Origin: Tannerellaceae bacterium | GTDB lineage: Bacteria; Bacteroidota; Bacteroidia; Bacteroidales; CAMTPD01 | Direction of reading: 5' to 3' | Assembly: GCA_051656605.1 (NCBI GenBank) | Contig: JBOGCF010000057.1 | Location: 307-64,306 of the forward strand | DNA: 64,000 nt | Part shown: one piece after another, positions 1-11,300 of the stretch | How the letters are laid out: each line of letters begins with the position of its first letter | Position numbering within the stretch: position 1 is the stretch's first letter | The notes under the pieces: model-generated | Told to the model about the DNA's origin: nothing | What the model saw: only the letters and a program-made list of their open reading frames with translations | The model's database searches: none | Made by a program: the position numbers and the translations under genes

Positions 1-278
1 TTGATTAAGATAGTTTTGATTTTCATGAACAGTTGTACGTTTATTTTGTTTTGAATTGCGTATGATGTGCCATTGATAAGGTTTTTTATGTTTTTTGAGA
101 GAATAGAATGTTTTACTTTTATAATTCGTCCAATAGTGTGATTTATGTTATCTAATAAATTACTTTAGCGAACGATTTGAGTGAGAATAATTAATTATTA
201 ATTTAGTTTGTGCATGGGTACAAGATAGATAGTATAAATTTCTTTGATAGATAATTGCTATTCTAATTAGATTTTTTG

Positions 279-286
279 TACCTTTG
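279..286 (+). promoter_or_regulatory. Bacteroidota-type -7 promoter box TACCTTTG (TAnnTTTG) upstream of yceD-rpmF
   Basis: Exact TAnnTTTG match 24 nt upstream of the TTG start at 310. A TTG lies about 22 nt further upstream in the -33 position. Confidence 0.5.
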
Positions 287-309
287 CAAAGTTTTTACAC
301 TGTAAGGCT

Positions 310-894
310 TTGGGAAAATTTGATACATATAAGATTGATTTGAAGAACCTCGAAATTGGGACTCATGAATTTGAGTATCAATTAGGAAATAAGTATTTCA
401 CCGATATAGACGGTACTGAGGTTCAAAAAGGGAAAGTTAAAGTGTTATTGACACTGAAAAGAACCCCCTTAATGTTTGATCTTTCGTTTAAACTTGATGG
501 TGTGGCATATGTGCCATGTGACCGCTGTTTAGACGATGTGGAGATACCAATTGATACAACTGCAAAGCTTATAATTAAGTTTGGGCATGAGTATTCAGAA
601 GAAAGTGATGAGGTTATTGTTATTCCGGAAGAAGAGGGAGAAATCAACCTTGCATGGTTTATTTACGAGTTCGTTGCATTAGCGATTCCAATGAAACATG
701 TACATGCTCCGGGTAAGTGTAACAAGTCAATGTCTTCAAAGCTTAAAAAGCATTCAGCTCGACAAGCAGACGATGAAGAAGTAGATGGCGACGATGACGG
801 ATTCGAATACGAAGAAGACACTGTTGTTGATGAAGCTCCTCAAGATCCTCGTTGGGATGCTTTAAAGGACTTACTTGAGAATAATAACAATTAA
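310..894 (+). CDS. YceD/DUF177 family protein
   Basis: 194 aa. Sits immediately upstream of rpmF, the conserved position for this family. Has a CDRC cysteine motif and an acidic C-terminal tail. TTG start. Confidence 0.8.
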   Translation: MGKFDTYKIDLKNLEIGTHEFEYQLGNKYFTDIDGTEVQKGKVKVLLTLKRTPLMFDLSFKLDGVAYVPCDRCLDDVEIPIDTTAKLIIKFGHEYSEESDEVIVIPEEEGEINLAWFIYEFVALAIPMKHVHAPGKCNKSMSSKLKKHSARQADDEEVDGDDDGFEYEEDTVVDEAPQDPRWDALKDLLENNNN

Positions 895-906
895 ATAAAT
901 AACAAA

Positions 907-1092
907 ATGGCACATCCAAAAAAAAGACAATCGAAATCTAGAACAGCTAAGAGAAGAACTCATGATAAAGCTTTAGCTCCAACATTGGCACTTTGTCCTA
1001 ACTGTGGTGCATGGCATGTTTACCACACTGTATGTGGCGAATGTGGTTACTATAGAGGAAAGTTGGCTATTGAAAAAGAAGCCGCTGTTTAA
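907..1092 (+). CDS. rpmF: 50S ribosomal protein L32
   Basis: 61 aa. Basic N-terminus MAHPKKRQSKSRTAKRR and a CPNC...CGEC zinc ribbon. Confidence 0.95.
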   Translation: MAHPKKRQSKSRTAKRRTHDKALAPTLALCPNCGAWHVYHTVCGECGYYRGKLAIEKEAAV

Positions 1093-1129
1093 AGTTCATT
1101 TAATTTTTGACTAAATGAACAAAGAAATA

Positions 1130-1165
1130 GCCCTAAAATATTATTTTTAGGGCAATTTTTTTTTC
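1130..1165 (+). terminator. Rho-independent terminator after rpmF
   Basis: GCCCTAAAA / TTTTAGGGC 9-bp stem followed by a T-run. Confidence 0.7.
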
Positions 1166-1195
1166 ATGGGTCTTTTACCCGTTTAATTTATAGTT

Positions 1196-2200
1196 ATGAA
1201 AAGAATCAATGCGGTTATAACAGGTATCGGAGCATATGTTCCTGACTACATTTTAAATAATAAAGAGCTCTCAGAAATTGTAGATACGACTGAGGAGTGG
1301 ATTTTGACACGTGTAGGTATTAAAGAGCGTAGAATTCTTAAGGGTGAAGGGTTAGGTACTTCCTATATGGGAACGAAAGCTGTAGCCGAGTTATTGCGTA
1401 AAACCAATACAAAGCCAGAAGATGTTGATGTTATATTTTGTGCTACATCAACTCCAGACCATATTTTCCCTAGCACTGCGTCTTTAGTGGCCGAACAAAA
1501 CGGAATAAAAAACGCTTTTGCTTTCGACTTGGGTGCTGCATGTTCAGGTTTTCTTTACGCATTAGAAGTTGCGAACAACTTTGTTAAGTCTGGACGTTAT
1601 AAGAAAGTTATCGTTGTATCAGGCGATAAGATGTCATCTATTACAAACTATGAAGACAGAACTACATGCCCTTTGTTTGGTGACGCTTGTGGAGCGGTTT
1701 TGATTGAACCAACGGAAGAAGAAGTTGGTATTATGGATGTGATATTGCGTACCGACGGTGTTGGCTATCCACATCTTCATATGGTTGCCGGAGGCTCAGC
1801 TCATCCTGCTTCTCATGAGACTGTAGATAACAGACAGCACTGTGTATATCAAGAAGGTCGTGTTGTATTTAAGTATGCAGTTTCGAATATGGCTGATGTG
1901 TCGGCTGAGATTATGGAACGTAATGACCTTACTCATGAAGATATCTCTTGGTTTGTACCACACCAAGCAAACCTACGTATCATTGATGCTGCGGCTCAGC
2001 GTATGGGCTTATCTCACGACAAAGTAATGATCAATATTGATCGCTACGGTAATACAAGTGCCGGTACGATTCCTGTTTGCTTATGGGAGTGGGAAGAGAA
2101 ACTTAAGAAAGGAGATAATATCATATTAGCTGCTTTTGGCGCCGGCTTTACATGGGGTGCAATTTATTTAAAGTGGGGATATGACGGAAAAAAAGCATAA
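1196..2200 (+). CDS. fabH: Beta-ketoacyl-ACP synthase III
   Basis: 334 aa. Active-site context GAACSGF, plus HQANLRI and GNTSAGT motifs. Confidence 0.95.
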   Translation: MKRINAVITGIGAYVPDYILNNKELSEIVDTTEEWILTRVGIKERRILKGEGLGTSYMGTKAVAELLRKTNTKPEDVDVIFCATSTPDHIFPSTASLVAEQNGIKNAFAFDLGAACSGFLYALEVANNFVKSGRYKKVIVVSGDKMSSITNYEDRTTCPLFGDACGAVLIEPTEEEVGIMDVILRTDGVGYPHLHMVAGGSAHPASHETVDNRQHCVYQEGRVVFKYAVSNMADVSAEIMERNDLTHEDISWFVPHQANLRIIDAAAQRMGLSHDKVMINIDRYGNTSAGTIPVCLWEWEEKLKKGDNIILAAFGAGFTWGAIYLKWGYDGKKA

Positions 2201-3074
2201 ATCCGGGTTTGTCAACATTGTAGGTAATCCGAATGTTGGTAAATCCACTCTTATGAATGCCTTGGTTGGTGAAAAGGTTTCGATCATTACATCGAAAGCA
2301 CAAACAACCAGACATCGTATTATTGGTATTGTGAATACAGACGAGATGCAAATCGTTTATTCAGATACCCCAGGGGTGTTAAAGCCCAATTATAAACTTC
2401 AGGAGTCGATGCTTAACTTCTCCGAATCTGCATTGGGTGATGCTGACGTACTTTTGTATGTTACCGATGTGGTAGAGAAGATCGACAAAAATGAAAAGTT
2501 CCTTCAAAAGGTAGCTCGCGTTGAGTGTCCTGTTTTTTTGATCATCAACAAGATTGATTTAACAGATCAAGCTAACCTGGAGAAAGTGGTTGCAGAGTGG
2601 CATGAACTTCTGCCTAACGCAGAAATTGTTCCAATCTCAGCAATCAACAAGTTTAATGTAGCTTACATTAAACAACGCGTAGAACAGCTTATCCCAGACA
2701 GTCCTCCTTACTTTGAGAAGGATGCATTGACTGATAAGCCAGCACGTTTTTTTGTTACAGAGATTATCAGAGAGAAAATACTTCTTTACTATCAAAAAGA
2801 GATTCCATATTCTGTAGAAGTAATTGTGGAGGAATTCAAAGAGGGTGAAAACCTGATTACAATCAAAGCGTTGATTATTGCCGAGCGTGATTCTCAAAAA
2901 GGGATTGTAATTGGTCATAAAGGACAAGCTTTGAAAAAGGTAGGGGCAATGGCTCGAAAAGATATCGAGCGTTTCTTTGATAAGAAAGTATTTTTGGAAA
3001 TGTATGTCAAGGTTGAGAAAGATTGGAGAAATCGAGACAACCTGTTGAAACGATACGGTTATCAACTTGACTAA
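2181..3074 (+). CDS. era: GTPase Era
   Basis: 297 aa. G1 [13 protein letters not shown] and NKID motifs, and a C-terminal KH-like region. Overlaps the fabH stop by 20 nt. Confidence 0.95.
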   Translation: MTEKKHKSGFVNIVGNPNVGKSTLMNALVGEKVSIITSKAQTTRHRIIGIVNTDEMQIVYSDTPGVLKPNYKLQESMLNFSESALGDADVLLYVTDVVEKIDKNEKFLQKVARVECPVFLIINKIDLTDQANLEKVVAEWHELLPNAEIVPISAINKFNVAYIKQRVEQLIPDSPPYFEKDALTDKPARFFVTEIIREKILLYYQKEIPYSVEVIVEEFKEGENLITIKALIIAERDSQKGIVIGHKGQALKKVGAMARKDIERFFDKKVFLEMYVKVEKDWRNRDNLLKRYGYQLD

Positions 3075-3176
3075 ACGCTGTACTTGAGTATACAACGGTA
3101 TACTTTTAATGATTTATTACAGAACAATGAGGATAACTTGCATATCAAGTTATCATTGCCAATACAGAAATTTAAA

Positions 3177-4490
3177 ATGGGAAATATTGTTGCTATAGTA
3201 GGAAGACCCAATGTAGGTAAGTCTACATTGTTTAATCGACTTACTCAGTCACGTCAGGCTATTGTAAACGATGAGTCGGGTACAACTCGTGACAGACAAT
3301 ACGGTAAGGTAGAATGGCTCGACAAAGAGTTTTCAATCATTGATACCGGAGGTTGGGTTGTAAACTCAGAAGACATTTTTGAGGAAGAGATCAACAAACA
3401 GGTAAAAATCGCGATGGATGAAGCAGATGTTGTTTTGTTCGTTGTTGATGTTATGAATGGTATCACCGACCTAGACTTGCACGTAGCGCAGATCTTGCGT
3501 CGTTGCGAAAAGCCGGTAATTGTTGTTGCAAACAAAGCAGACAACTTTGACCTACACTATCAGTCGGCAGAGTTCTATAGCTTCGGATTGGGAGATCCTT
3601 GTTGCGTATCAGCAATCAACGGTTCATGTACCGGTGACTTGCTAGACGAAATCGTGGCTAAGCTTCCTGAAAATGTTGTAGACGAAACAGACGAAGAACT
3701 TCCACGTATTGCGATCGTAGGTCGTCCTAACGCAGGAAAATCATCGTTGGTAAATGCATTCATCGGTGAAGACCGTAATATTGTTACCGATATTGCCGGA
3801 ACAACTAGAGACTCTATCTATACAAAATACGATAAGTTTGGATTGAACTTTTATCTTGTAGATACTGCCGGTATCCGTAAAAAAGGGAAAGTACATGAAG
3901 ATCTTGAATATTATTCAGTAATCCGTTCGATCCGTGCTATCGAGAATGCAGACGTTTGTGTCTTGATGATCGATGCAACCAGAGGTATCGAAAGCCAGGA
4001 TTTGAATATCTTCTCTTTGATTCAGAAAAACAAAAAAGGTCTTGTAGTTTGTGTAAACAAATGGGACCTTGTAGAAGATAAAAACGATAAGGTGATCAAG
4101 ACCTTTGAAAATGCAATTCGTGAACGTTTAGCTCCTTTCAAAGACTTTCCTATCTTGTTTATCTCTGCTTTGACAAAACAAAGAATCTTGAAGGTGTTGG
4201 AAACAGCGAAAGAAGTTTACGATACAAGAAGCACGAAGATCCCGACAAACAAATTGAACGAGATCATGCTTCCGATTATCGAAAACTATCCGCCACCTGC
4301 AAACAAAGGGAAATATATCAAGATCAAATACATTACCCAGCTGCCGAATACAAAGATTCCAACCTTTGTATTCTTTGCCAACCTGCCACAGTGGGTGAAA
4401 GAGCCATATAGACGTTTTCTTGAAAACAAATTAAGAGAACATTGGAATCTTTCGGGTACACCGATTAATATTTTTATTCGCGAGAAATAG
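3177..4490 (+). CDS. der: Ribosome-biogenesis GTPase Der (EngA)
   Basis: Two tandem GTPase domains ([13 protein letters not shown] and [13 protein letters not shown]). I place the start at the ATG at 3177 ([12 protein letters not shown]) instead of the track start at 3084. Confidence 0.92.
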   Translation: MGNIVAIVGRPNVGKSTLFNRLTQSRQAIVNDESGTTRDRQYGKVEWLDKEFSIIDTGGWVVNSEDIFEEEINKQVKIAMDEADVVLFVVDVMNGITDLDLHVAQILRRCEKPVIVVANKADNFDLHYQSAEFYSFGLGDPCCVSAINGSCTGDLLDEIVAKLPENVVDETDEELPRIAIVGRPNAGKSSLVNAFIGEDRNIVTDIAGTTRDSIYTKYDKFGLNFYLVDTAGIRKKGKVHEDLEYYSVIRSIRAIENADVCVLMIDATRGIESQDLNIFSLIQKNKKGLVVCVNKWDLVEDKNDKVIKTFENAIRERLAPFKDFPILFISALTKQRILKVLETAKEVYDTRSTKIPTNKLNEIMLPIIENYPPPANKGKYIKIKYITQLPNTKIPTFVFFANLPQWVKEPYRRFLENKLREHWNLSGTPINIFIREK

Positions 4491-4497
4491 CAGAAAA

Positions 4498-4525
4498 GGG
4501 AGAGACGAAAGTTTCTCCCTTTTTT
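4498..4525 (+). terminator. Rho-independent terminator after der
   Basis: GGGAGAGAC-gaaa-GTTTCTCCC hairpin followed by TTTTTT. Confidence 0.75.
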
Positions 4526-4530
4526 CGTTT

Positions 4531-4649
4531 AAAAACCATGTATACTTTTTTTTAAAACCTCGTTTAGTTTTTTAAAAAACCTTATTAGCTTTTTGCGCAA
4601 ACCATGCATGCTTTTTTTTGGTGGTTTTGGTCTCTGGAACAAAAGGTTT
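4531..4649. repeat. Degenerate tandem units of about 21-24 bp (A-run, CC, TGCATGC-like core, T-run), locus A of a dispersed family
   Basis: Units start at 4531, 4554, 4574 and 4595. The 17-mer AAACCATGCATGCTTTT (4599-4615) matches 39222-39238 at 15/17. Confidence 0.5.
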
Positions 4650-4709
4650 AATTGAGCCCTTACGTCTCAAATTTACAACGTATTGTAGGTTAATTTAGCG
4701 GACGATCTA

Positions 4710-4717
4710 TATATTTG
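4710..4717 (+). promoter_or_regulatory. -7 promoter box TATATTTG upstream of ruvA
   Basis: Exact TAnnTTTG 23 nt upstream of the ATG at 4741. Confidence 0.5.
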
Positions 4718-4740
4718 TACAAAAGAAAAAAACAATAATC

Positions 4741-5328
4741 ATGATTGAATATATCAAAGGTGATATCGCAGAGATAACACCGACCGACCTCGTGCTCGAA
4801 ACAAACGGTATTGGCTATGCCATCCACATTTCCTTAAATACCTACAGTGCTTTGAATGGTAAGAACCAAGCAAAACTTTATATCTACGAAGTGATTCGCG
4901 AGGATACTCACGAGTTGTACGGATTTGCAGAGAAAGAAGAGCGTACCGTATTCTTAGCATTGATTTCAGTATCAGGAGTAGGTTCGAATACAGCTCGAAT
5001 GATTCTTTCCTCATACAATCCGAATGAACTACAAACCATCATTGCTTCGGAAAAAGTAGATGCTTTGAAGGCTGTAAAAGGAATCGGACTGAAGACTGCA
5101 CAACGTATTATTATTGATTTGAAGGATAAGCTTAAATTGACCGTAGGTGCTACGCAAATGGATATTGCATTACCTGCAGCAGATCAAACTGCCGACGAAG
5201 CTGTTTCTGCACTTATTATGCTAGGGTTTGCCAAGCCGGCTTCTCAAAAGGCTGTTACCGCAATTTTGAAAGCTACTCCGACTCTCACGGTAGAGCAAGT
5301 TATCAAAACAGCACTTCGGATGCTTTAG
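4741..5328 (+). CDS. ruvA: Holliday junction branch migration protein RuvA
   Basis: 195 aa. MIEYIKG N-terminus and two helix-hairpin-helix motifs ([24 protein letters not shown]). Confidence 0.9.
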   Translation: MIEYIKGDIAEITPTDLVLETNGIGYAIHISLNTYSALNGKNQAKLYIYEVIREDTHELYGFAEKEERTVFLALISVSGVGSNTARMILSSYNPNELQTIIASEKVDALKAVKGIGLKTAQRIIIDLKDKLKLTVGATQMDIALPAADQTADEAVSALIMLGFAKPASQKAVTAILKATPTLTVEQVIKTALRML

Positions 5329-5348
5329 ATTTCCGTTGTTAACCTTAA

Positions 5349-8300
5349 ATGTACTTTTCGAAAAACCATACTAACCCTTTACTGATCACTCTTATATACC
5401 TACTGACTACAGTATTGGGAGGGGAAGGAGCATTGTGTGCCCAAACGTGGAGCGACTCAATTAAAACGGTAGATTCGCTCTATACGCGTGCACTCTTCGA
5501 TGCCTATGCGCTTAAGCAATACAGAGCTATGCGCGATTCTGCCTTTTCTGCGGTCGTACTTCCCAAACATCAAAAACTAAAGGCACACGAAAAATGGTTG
5601 GGTCCCGGTAAGCTCAAAGCCAAACTACGAGGACGAGCCGAAGCTTCATTGGGCATTAAATACGTGCACATACAAAATCCCGATTTACCCTACAACGCTC
5701 GTAAACGTATTATTCCGGAATTTGATGAAAATATCGAATTGTCGTTTGATGGATCTTTAGGTGAGAAGTTGAAGATGAAAACCCACTTTACTACCGATCC
5801 CTTTAATGAAAAAAACTTGAACAGCTTGCATCTCGGTTATACAGGCTATGAGGATGAAATCATTCGTTACATAGAGGCCGGAAGTGTCACTCTGCATACC
5901 GAAAACTGTCTGATAAACTCAACCTCTTCTTTGTTTGGAATCAAGGCCGGAATACAATTAGGTCCCCTTACGGTCGACTTTTTGGCGGCGAGCGAAAGTA
6001 ATACAATAGTCTTGCATGAAGAGGGAGGTGGGGGAAATCTTAGAGCATGGGAATTGGAAATTGATGCATATGATGAGTATCGTCATTTCTTTTTATCCCA
6101 TTTCTTTCGCAACCACTTCACCCAACATACACAGCTTGCATGCTTAAATAAGTCACCTTTATTTATTTCCCGTATTGAGGTTTGGATTACCAACACACAA
6201 GGCGTTTTGGAAGATAGTCGGCATGTTGCAGCTATTGCACAGCTTGGCGATGTAGATCAGCTACACGATAAACCTGTGGATAATGAGGGGAGTTTACTTT
6301 ATCAACAACTTATCAACAGCGGTTCAAAATGTAGAAATGTGGACAATACCTCAGAGTTGCAATCTGTGACGCAAGCTTATAATGCTGATTGTGAGATGGT
6401 ACGGAGGGCCCGGCGCTTGTTGCCCGAAGAATACGAGTTGCAATCTTCACTTGGATATGTTTCATTAAAACGTCCGTTGCAGAGTTATGAACAACTAGCT
6501 GTTGCTTATGAATACACCTATCAAGGGCAGACTTATCAGGTAGGAGAATGGGCCGATTTATCTGAAACCTCACAACAAGAAGCTTTATTTGTACGTTTGC
6601 TTAAACCGGCTCATAGCTTTCCGTCTCATTATGCATGGAAACTGATGATGAAGAATATTTATACGATTCCGAATGGATGTGAGGGGAAGCAAGGTTTCGA
6701 GTTTGATGTACTTGTGAGAAAAGAGGAGTCTACAGATTATACACCTTTTTTAGAGCTTTCGGGGGCGAAGACTCTTTTGCAAATTTTACAATTAGACAGG
6801 GTGGGTCCCAATAACCGTAATGGGCCTGATGGCAGGTTTGACTATGTTGAAAATACCACGATTCTTCCAGCTTTAGGATGTATCGTTTTTCCTTTGACTG
6901 AGCCTTTTGGCGATTATCTGTCCGGCGCTACTTCTCCTCCTTCTTCTTCCTATGCTTGTCAAGCTCTTTACGACTCTACATTAGTCAAGGCCCGAGCTCT
7001 GATCTCTCCCCGACAAATCGTGCTTCGAGGGAAAAGTAAATCCAAACAGCGAGGAGTCTATAAATTAAAAGATCATCAATTTTCTCCAGGATCTCTATTG
7101 GTAAAAGCGCAAGATAAGGAGCTTATAGAGAATGTTGACTATACCATTGATCCAGAAAATAACCTGCTTACAATTATCAATGAGGAGTATTTGTTGAGTA
7201 ATGCGGGGATATCTATTTCAACCAAGCAATCTTCTTTTTTGTATGGAAACCGGCAAACGCGTCTCGGTATCAATCTAAATTATAATGTTAATAGGAGTTT
7301 GTCGTTGGGAGCATCGTGGATGATGGTACAAGCAAAACCTCGATTCGAATCGTATGCTTCTGCTGATGAATTTGTAAATAATACGATTTATGGCTTGCAT
7401 TCACGTTACGTGAAATCATGGAAAACGAGGATGGGAAGCGATTCGGTACAAGCAAAAAACACATTGGTCTGGAACACAGATGTGGCGTTTTTACGTTCAA
7501 AGGCAGCTCAGAAAGGAGCCTTTTTGTTTATTGATGACTTTGAAGCAAATCATGTAATGGCCGATTTGTCGCAACCTTCTAAATGGAGTTTAAGCTCGAT
7601 ACCGATAGATGGATCTCAGTTTCCAGAGTCTTTGTTGTCTAATGCGGTAGAGACCGGTTTGAATCGCGCATTGATCAATTGGTATACCATAGAACCATCT
7701 TTTGTAAAACCGGGAAGCAAGTATCTGCCAGAATACCTTCGATACGATAAAGAAGCGCTTTCCAATCATTATGTACGTAGCATCAATACATCCGAATTAT
7801 TCCCCAATCGCGATGTAGACGATACAGATCAACGTTATATTTCATCCTTCAATCTTTCTTATTATCCAAACGAACGTGGGCCTTACAACCTCGATGCAAC
7901 TGATATTACCTCCGAAGGTTTTCTGTTGCACCCTCAAAAACGATGGGGAGGCATTATGCGCTCGATAGATGCATCTGATTTTGAGACTCAGCACGTACAA
8001 TACCTCGAATTTTGGATGCTAGACCCTTTTTTGTATTCGAATGTACATCAAGGAGGAACTTTGACTATTGATCTCGGAACTTTGAGTGAAGATGTATTGA
8101 AAGATAACCTGCTGTCGGATGAAAGTAGTATTGATCTGAAAAATGACTTAAGGAGTGAGGGGACATCAATTTGGGGTGTTATTCCTCAATTTCAGACAGG
8201 GACACAAGCTTTTGACGGAGGAGATGCGGTAGTGACTCGACAAGATGTGGGGCTTAACGGTTTATCCGGCGATGATGAAGCTCATTTGGAGGTGTATAAA

Positions 8301-11300
8301 ACGTTTCTTGATCGCTATTATGTGCAGGTTGATGCGAGTTCAGAACGGGAGCGGACATTGCCTCGCACGGTAGCTTCGTCGCCTTCCGGTGAGCGTTATG
8401 TTGGTTTTTCGGACAAACGCTATACGCACAGCAGAGCGTCTTTTCATGAACGGATGAAAGGGATTAACGGAACAGAAGGTAATTCGGGACGTGAAGCAAT
8501 GAAGGAGTTTTTTTGGAAGTATTCACCCGACTCGGAGGATTTAGATCATGACATGACGCTCTCTACCGAAGAGCATTTTTACCGATATCAGGTAAATTTA
8601 TCGCCCGAATCTCTCAATGGAGATCATGCATTGATTAAAGAAGTGCGGCAAGCCGAGGTGATAGCTCCCGACGGAACAGCAAGTCATGTTTCCTGGTATT
8701 TGTTTCGTATTCCTTTGCGCAATTACAGTAAACGTTTTGGTTCGATTGCAGATTTCAGATCGATTCGACATATGCGTTTGCTTTTACATGGCTTTGAAGA
8801 GGAGGTACATCTACGATTTGCTTCTCTGCGGTTTATGAAATCGGATTGGCAACAATGGGTCCCTGAAGCCAAAAGTGATTCGTTGTATTGGTATGAAGAT
8901 CCGGTACAATTGGCGTATTTGTCTGTTGATGAGAATAAGGAGTTATCTGAAGTGAATTATATAACACCTAATGGTGTAGAACCTCGTAGCGTGATGCATA
9001 ATCGAAAACAAGTGAGAGAAAATGAACATGCGCTTGAGTTTGAGGTTGAGTCTCTTCATCCTAATCAGCATGTCGCTGTTTGGAAACAGACCGATTTTGA
9101 TTGCCGTAATTATGGATCGCTTGAGTTGTTTTCTCATTTGCATGAAACCATATCGACGGGAAGTCACGTTGTGGATGGAGATTTCTCTTTGTTTATTCGC
9201 TTAGGATATGATGGTCGTACCAATTACTATGAATATGAAATTCCGATGGAGGTAACGCCTCACGGGCAATATAGTAATCAGTTATTTTCAGATAAAGAGA
9301 CGGTTTGGCCCAGAAACAATCGATTGGATCTCATTTTGCAACAACTCACTACCGCCAAAAACGAGCGGGATATTTCGGGAGCAGCAAAGAATGAGATCTT
9401 TAGTATAGAGACTCCGCAGCACCATGTAATTCGAGTCAAGGGAAATCCTTCCTTGGCCGACGTGACCACCTTAGTGATTGGCGTTCGTAACAATTCAGAT
9501 AAAATTCTCTCAGGTAAGGTTTGGATCAATGACATTCGATTGGCTCATCAACAAAAACAAAATGGCTGGGCAGCACGTAGCGAGTTAGAACTAACGTTGG
9601 GAGATGTAGGGCGATTTTCAATAGCAGGTATCTTCAAAAGTCGCGGGTTTGGAAATGTTGACCAACGATATAATGAACGAATTGAGAATGATAGGTTTCG
9701 TTTAGGTTTTACCTCTCGTATTGAATTTGGAAAAGTACTTCCCAATGTACTAAAGTTGACCATGCCTGTGTATTTGCAATGGAGTAAAGAGTCGGAATAT
9801 CTTCATTATAATCCTTTTGATAGCGATATTGAAATGGATGAGTTGTTGAAACAAGAAAGCAACCAGTCTGCACGTGACTCGTTGCGAAGGTTGGCTCGCA
9901 GTACGATTTCCTCACATAATATAGCAATTCAACAGATGGGATTTCGAATACGGAGTAAGCGACCAATGCCATATGACCTTGACAATTTTCGTTTAGGGTT
10001 TGTATATGATGGCACTACTGTTGCCTCTCCGAGTTTGCATTATGATAGAGGAAAACGGTATAGTGGTTATTTGAGGTATACTTATTCACCCGAAGAATTG
10101 TTCTTTCCTTTCTTTAAAAAAGCATCGACTCCTAAACAGGAGTGGTTGCGTGTACGATTTGTGCCTACGCAAATTACGATGGAAAGTTCTTTTTATCGCA
10201 ACTATGGCGAAACAAAATATCGACTCAACGAAGGAGATCACGCTACCGGGGCTTCTTTTGTGATGCAAGAGTTTCTTTGGAATCGAGCTTTTACGCTTGA
10301 GTGGGATCTTCTTAAAAATGTAAAGCTACGTGTAAGAACTGCTACGAATGCTGAAATTGAAGAGCCGGAGATGCAAGTGAATAAACGTATCGATCCGGAT
10401 GGGTTTCGCTTCTGGCGTGATTCGGTTTGGAATAGTATCAAAGATTTTGGTAAACCGGTACGCTATGAACAACAAGTAGCCCTACATGCACATATTCCGG
10501 AGTTGAAGAATAGATGGCTCGGTTGGATAAAAGGTAGTATGCATTATAAAGCGGATTATTTTTGGGATAGAGGCTACGATGATGCGATTTTTGGGGATGG
10601 TGGAAATATAATTAAGAATTATAGGTCGGCAGGAGTCAATGGAACGTTCAATCTGTCCAAGTTTGTTACAACTCTGGACAGTAGTGATGCGAATCGTTCT
10701 AGATGGTTGAAAAAGTTTTTACCTCATATTGAAGTGATACATAAAACAGATAGAGGTATACAGATTCCACGTTATAGGCATGGAGTCAGAGATATAGGAG
10801 GGCAGAATAGGGTAGATGGGCGTTTATTGCCAGGGATTGGGTTTGCTCTCGGAGCGGTGTCTTCTAGTTTTATCAACAAGGTTATTAACAATGCAGATGT
10901 TCATATGACAGATGAAACGACGAATAGGGCGATCACATCAACGAATAAGTATTCATTATGGAAGGGCGTACTCCGGCCAGTTTCCGGATTAAGGTTTGAG
11001 TTGTCTTGGTTATCCGATAATAACAACCGTGATGAGTTTGCTTTAAATCCCAATGCTCAGTCGAATCAGATTAGTCGTAAGTCGAGTAGTCGTGTAGCGA
11101 GTCGTAGAAAAAGTATAAATGCGAGTAAAAAAACTAACATAAATAGTCTTATACCGCCACAGGAGAATAGTCTGGTTTTGCCAAATTGGAAGATTTATTA
11201 CGATGGTCTTAACAGATATGATTTTATTAAAAAGGTGTTGAGCCACTTGGCTTTTACACACGCGTACTCTTGTATCCATTCCGTCGAAGTTGTGCATACG

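Noticed and set aside
1-26. Possible start of a minus-strand gene (ATG complement at 24-26) running off the left edge
   Set aside because: Only eight codons are visible, so it cannot be supported from this window.
3084-3176. N-terminal extension of der in the ORF track. The same applies to murD (23544-23615) and lpxB (52366-52485).
   Set aside because: Internal ATGs give the canonical N-termini ([35 protein letters not shown]). They also remove overlaps with the neighbouring genes.
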